A stretch of 64,000 nucleotides of DNA from Cyanophora paradoxa CCMP329 (lineage: Eukaryota > Plantae > Glaucophyta). How positions within the stretch are numbered: the first letter of the stretch is position 1; each line of letters begins with the position of its first letter. The position numbers and the translations under genes are program-made. Positions 60,194 through 64,000 of the stretch are shown here, piece by piece. The notes beneath the pieces were generated by a model. That model was not told where the DNA came from. It ran no database searches and saw nothing but the letters and a program-made list of their open reading frames with translations. Location: positions 62,001 to 126,000 of the forward strand of contig QPMI01000453.1 in the NCBI GenBank assembly GCA_004431415.1. Direction: 5' to 3'.

Positions 60194-62354
60194 CAGCACG
60201 TACGCGCGGATCCAGAACGCGTCGGAGAGCGAGTTCAAGTTCGGCTACTCCCTCACCGTCCTCGCATACTCCCAGGTCCACTGGGTCCCCCGGCAGCCCA
60301 CCGCCCGCTCCTAGACCGAGCCTAGAGTCGCGTCCTCGCCTGCTCACAGGCCCGCCCACCCGCTCGCCCCGTAATCCCCCCGGGGCCCCGGGGTCCACTC
60401 CTAGACTAGGCCGCCTAGAGAAGGCCTAAGGCTACTCCCTCACCGTCCTCGCCTACTCCCAGGTCGGGCGGCTACAGACGCCCTCCTCCCTCCCCCTCCC
60501 CCCTCCCCTCCGGCCCTTTTGAGCGGTCTTCGGGGCGCGCGCAGGACGTGGGCGTGTTCCCCGCGCCCCTCAACATCGTCCAGGTGAGAGCCATCTAGCT
60601 ATCCAATTCAAGCAAGCGTCTAGCTACTAGCTAGCTAGCTAGCTAGCTAGTTAGCGCCGCCCCCACCTTCGCCTCCTACCCACCTACCGCGCCGCGCCGC
60701 GCAGATGTGCCTCTTCTGGGCAGACCCCTGGGGCCTGGGGGCCCCCGGCCCCCGCTCCGTCGCGGCCAACGACGGGCGCCGCTACCGCGTTACGGCCGCC
60801 GTCACGGGCTCCATCTTCCTCGCCCTTCTCGCCCCCTTCACGTGCGTTTAACAGTTTGAGCTTGCTTAGACCAGGGTGGGCGGGCGGGCGCACGTGAATA
60901 GCTAGTAGTCTATATTTTATATCCCTCTATGATCCCTCTATAGCTTATAGCCTTTCCCACTACGGGGGCGATCTTCCTGAGGGGTCCATCTTCCTCGCCC
61001 TCCTCGCCCGCTTCACGTGCGCCCGGCCTTGTTTGTTCGATCGATTTCGAGCGGTCTCGTTCTCAAGCTTCTCTCCCTTTAGCTCTCTCTTTAGCTCTTT
61101 AGCTCTTTAGCTGAAGTTTTAAGCCTTGCGCGCGCGTGCAGGGCTCTATACCTCGTCGGCCTCGCCCTCACGTGCCAGTTCTCCGCCCTTGCCGACGTCC
61201 GCCGCGTCCTTTCGGTGCGACCGTTTGAATTTTGAATTTTTTAAATTTGAATTTTTGAATTTCGAATTTGATCTGGTTCCTAGCACTCGGACCTCGACCT
61301 GCTCGGCTCGCACGACGCGGGCGACGACGACGACGACGAGATCGAGCGCGAGGCGCGTGTACCCCTTCCCCCGACCCTCCAGCCCTGTACCCCTTCGGGG
61401 GCGCTGAGGCTCGGGGGTAGGGCCAGCGGGAGGGCCTCGTGGCCAACGCGGCGCCCATCGCCGGCGCCGCGGGCAAGAAGAAGAAGGACGACGACGGCGC
61501 GCCGTACCCCCCTTCTTTTTATCCCACACCCCTCCTTATCCCCCCCCCTTTCTTTTTTCAGACGGGGAGGAGGACCTGGTGGGGGAGGAGGACGAGGACT
61601 CGGTCTTCCGGAGCCTCGCGCGGGGCGTGCGCGACGTCGACGGTGCGAACGAAGTGGCGCCGGCTACGATGAGAGGGCCGATCTTGTTCGAATTCGATCT
61701 AAGCTTTCCTGGGCTTGCCTAGGACGCAATCGATAATAAGACTAACTAAAGCAAGGCGTTTCTTCCTTCTCTATTCGCTCACGAAGGGCCGCTTGCTTTC
61801 GATTCTGCTTGCAGACAAGACGATGCGGCGGCTGGTGGTGGAGACGTGGGAGCGCGTCACGGGCCAGGGCGCCAACGTCACCTCCAACGCCCGCCTCCGC
61901 AACCTCCGCGTCCGCTCCCGTTCACGTATCCCTCCTTTTTTCTTTCAATTGCGGGCCGACCGCTCTTTCTTTTTTTGTTTTGCGAAGCAACGGCGCCAGC
62001 AGCAGCAGGCGGTGCCGCCTCCGCCGCCGCCCCCCGCCCCGGGACCGGTGCGCCAAATTCAAGCCCCAGCGCCTCCCGCCGCCCCCCCGCTCGCCCGGCT
62101 CGCGATCGCCGAGTCACGAACGGCGGCGGCGGCGCAGGGGTACGGAGGCGTGGCGGGCCAGCAGCAGGTCATCAACATCGACCTGCGGAACCTCGAGACC
62201 AAGATGGGTACGCCGATCTCTCGAATTCGAGCTCGCCCGCCTCCTACGAGTCCAATTTGATCTCTCCGCAGAGACTATCCTGCAGGGCCTGCGCATGTGC
62301 CAATCTTTCCGCAAGCACTTCATGGGTACAGAGGGAGGCGTGCTTCACGCCTAA
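54777..62354 (+). CDS. Transient receptor potential (TRP) channel with N-terminal ankyrin repeats
   Basis: Ankyrin repeats RSALMIAARNNKLEIASSLIKHGAD, NALFLAVLAGHLPMVALLL, TALMYAIIK|GH. FFNKLD. S4-S5 WGRLLR...TLGPLIT|MIRRMLVDL. S6 VLLLNLLIAILS|NTYARIQ. FPAPLNI. Confidence 0.9.
55425..55478. repeat. (ATCT)n microsatellite in a TRP intron
   Basis: Direct tandem tatc/atct units. Similar (GATA)n at ~15436-15495 and (GATCA/GATCG)n at ~27538-27565 and ~28213-28262. Confidence 0.9.
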
Positions 62355-62762
62355 GCTTAAGCGCTGGCCGTGGTGGCTGTTGGCGGGAGATCTTGTGTGT
62401 GTTTGCCCCCGCCCCGCCCTGCGGGTTGCAGTCCTAGTTCTAGTTCGGACGCTCGAATGTTTTTCGAATTCGCTTTCTCGCAGCTGGCCTCCGGAGAGGG
62501 GGGAGGGCTGGGAGAGCGGGGGCCGGGAGGGGGGAGGGGTGGCCATGGGGGGGGGGGGTTGCGGGGGGGGTGGAGGGGGGGGTTGAGGGGAACGGGGGGA
62601 ACGGGGGGAGGGGAGTACGGACCTGCAGGAGCGCTAGCATTCGACACGAAATGCATCGCAGTACGTGCACTACCGCGCAGTGATATCGATTCAAGAATCT
62701 GTATATGTATATTATTTGCAAAAACTATGTAATGTACTTCACGAGCCAGGCAATTGCAAGCT

Positions 62763-64000
62763 CTAGAAAGGCGCGGTGTCCCCCGCTGCGATTGCGGAGA
62801 GTCCCTCCCGGTAGGTGGGGTACCTCAGCCGGACGCCGAGCTCCCTGGTGATGCGCCGGTTGGACGGCCGCTTGTTCTCGCCGTAGAAGCTGAGGATGGT
62901 CTCGCTGAGCTGTCCGGACTCCACAGAAGATGAGGATGAAGGATCCTCCTGTGCTGCTGGCTTCATGCCCAGCAGGCTCCTCGCGTAATCGATGACGACG
63001 CCGGGCTCGCAGGGCTCGTCGTCGGACACGTTCCAGACGAAGGGCTCTCCCTCCTGCTGCTGCGCGCCCTGAACTTGGGACGGGAAGGGGCCCTCGGGTT
63101 CGGGGAAAGTCGCTTGGATAACTTGGCAGATGTCCGCGACCTGCGATTGTGTCAGAAATTGAGCCGCAGACGACTAAATATATATTACAGAATGCTAAAA
63201 TGAAATTATACTCGCATGGATCCTTGAGAAAACTTGTCCGGGACGCCGCGCGCCCAGGGCCCCTGCCGGTGTCCTCCCCGACCTGTGCACCGCAAATAAG
63301 CTTCACCCAAAGGGAATATTAATCAAGCTTAAGCCTCCACAGCTCTTTCACAAACCGGAGCTTCTCAAGGGTATTCCGCTCAGGCCCATAGATTCCTACG
63401 CGTGAATCATGATCAGAAGCATTTCGCCTTTCAACCATTATTCATGATCATGCGTACCTGCGAGTCTGAAAATGTGGAGCCGGCTGCCGATGCCGAGGTC
63501 CCTCCACGCCTGCTCCGCGCGTGCCCTCCTGGCGCAAGCTTGAGTACTCATGAGGATGAGGTACCGGTGCCCCTTCTTACATATATATCTAGATCTAGCT
63601 ACTTAAGAAGCCAGATCTAGACATATACGTATACAGAACTAGTCGTAAATTGCGCACCTCCTCGCCCTCTCACTGCTAGGATTGAGGGGCGAGTCCTCGA
63701 AAACAACCTTGCCGTCTTGTTGCCCATACACTCCAGTCTTCAAATCGACCGAGTCAGAGTCAGAATAGGTGTGCAGCTTATTTGTAATTATAATCAATTG
63801 TATAATCAATTATAGACCCCAGTCTTCAAATTAACCGAGTCAGAGTCAGCATATGCATGCAGCTTATTTATAATTATAATCTTCTGAAATCGAAATCGAA
63901 CTTCGGAAAATCGCGCACAGAGGATAGGTATCCACACCAGACCAGCCGCTCGCATCCTCGGATATCTTTCCCGTGCATGTCAACGACGACGTCTCCTTCC
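62763..64000 (-). CDS. YeeZ-like atypical SDR / NAD-dependent epimerase-dehydratase, 3' part
   Basis: HIFRLA|GIYGPERN, SRIH|VADICQ, WNVSDDEP, FYGENKRPSNRRITRELGVRLRYPTYREGL. The 5' part lies beyond the window. Confidence 0.88.

Noticed and set aside
1-64000. CRISPR arrays, rRNA and tRNA genes
   Set aside because: No regularly spaced repeat-spacer array or recognisable structural RNA was seen. The repeats are microsatellites or local duplications.

Overview
GC-rich, intron-dense eukaryotic (flagellate protist or alga) genomic DNA. Most entries in the ORF track are exon fragments or antisense shadows. Splicing by eye gives 13 host genes on strictly alternating strands: (1) a 6TM GYGD K+ channel with a signal peptide and a large ectodomain, (2) TRIP4/ASC-1, (3) a membrane receptor combining a cyanobacterial-type sensor, HAMP, FixL-like PAS, adenylyl cyclase and class I phosphodiesterase, (4) a CatSper1-like single-domain Ca2+ channel, (5) a stand-alone response regulator, (6) PTH2, (7) a p25alpha/EF-hand-like protein, (8) a UBAC1-like protein, (9) a dual-specificity phosphatase, (10) an ARM-repeat protein, (11) an acidic hypothetical protein, (12) an ankyrin-TRP channel and (13) a YeeZ-like SDR. 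A 5.9-kb DIRS-order (tyrosine recombinase) retrotransposon lies at 35843-41711 with an unusual two-module layout, A-gag-B|A-pol-YR-B, and a Gag carrying a signal-peptide-like N-terminus. Window-wide oddities include frequent GC-AG introns, 'echo' copies of exon ends inside introns, a sense-biased intronic GTACCCC motif, TTGCAA in convergent gene gaps, and an 846-bp tandem duplication of a bidirectional promoter. All exon structures and family calls come from manual reading, with no database searches. The gene content would fit a glaucophyte such as Cyanophora, but that is inference only.
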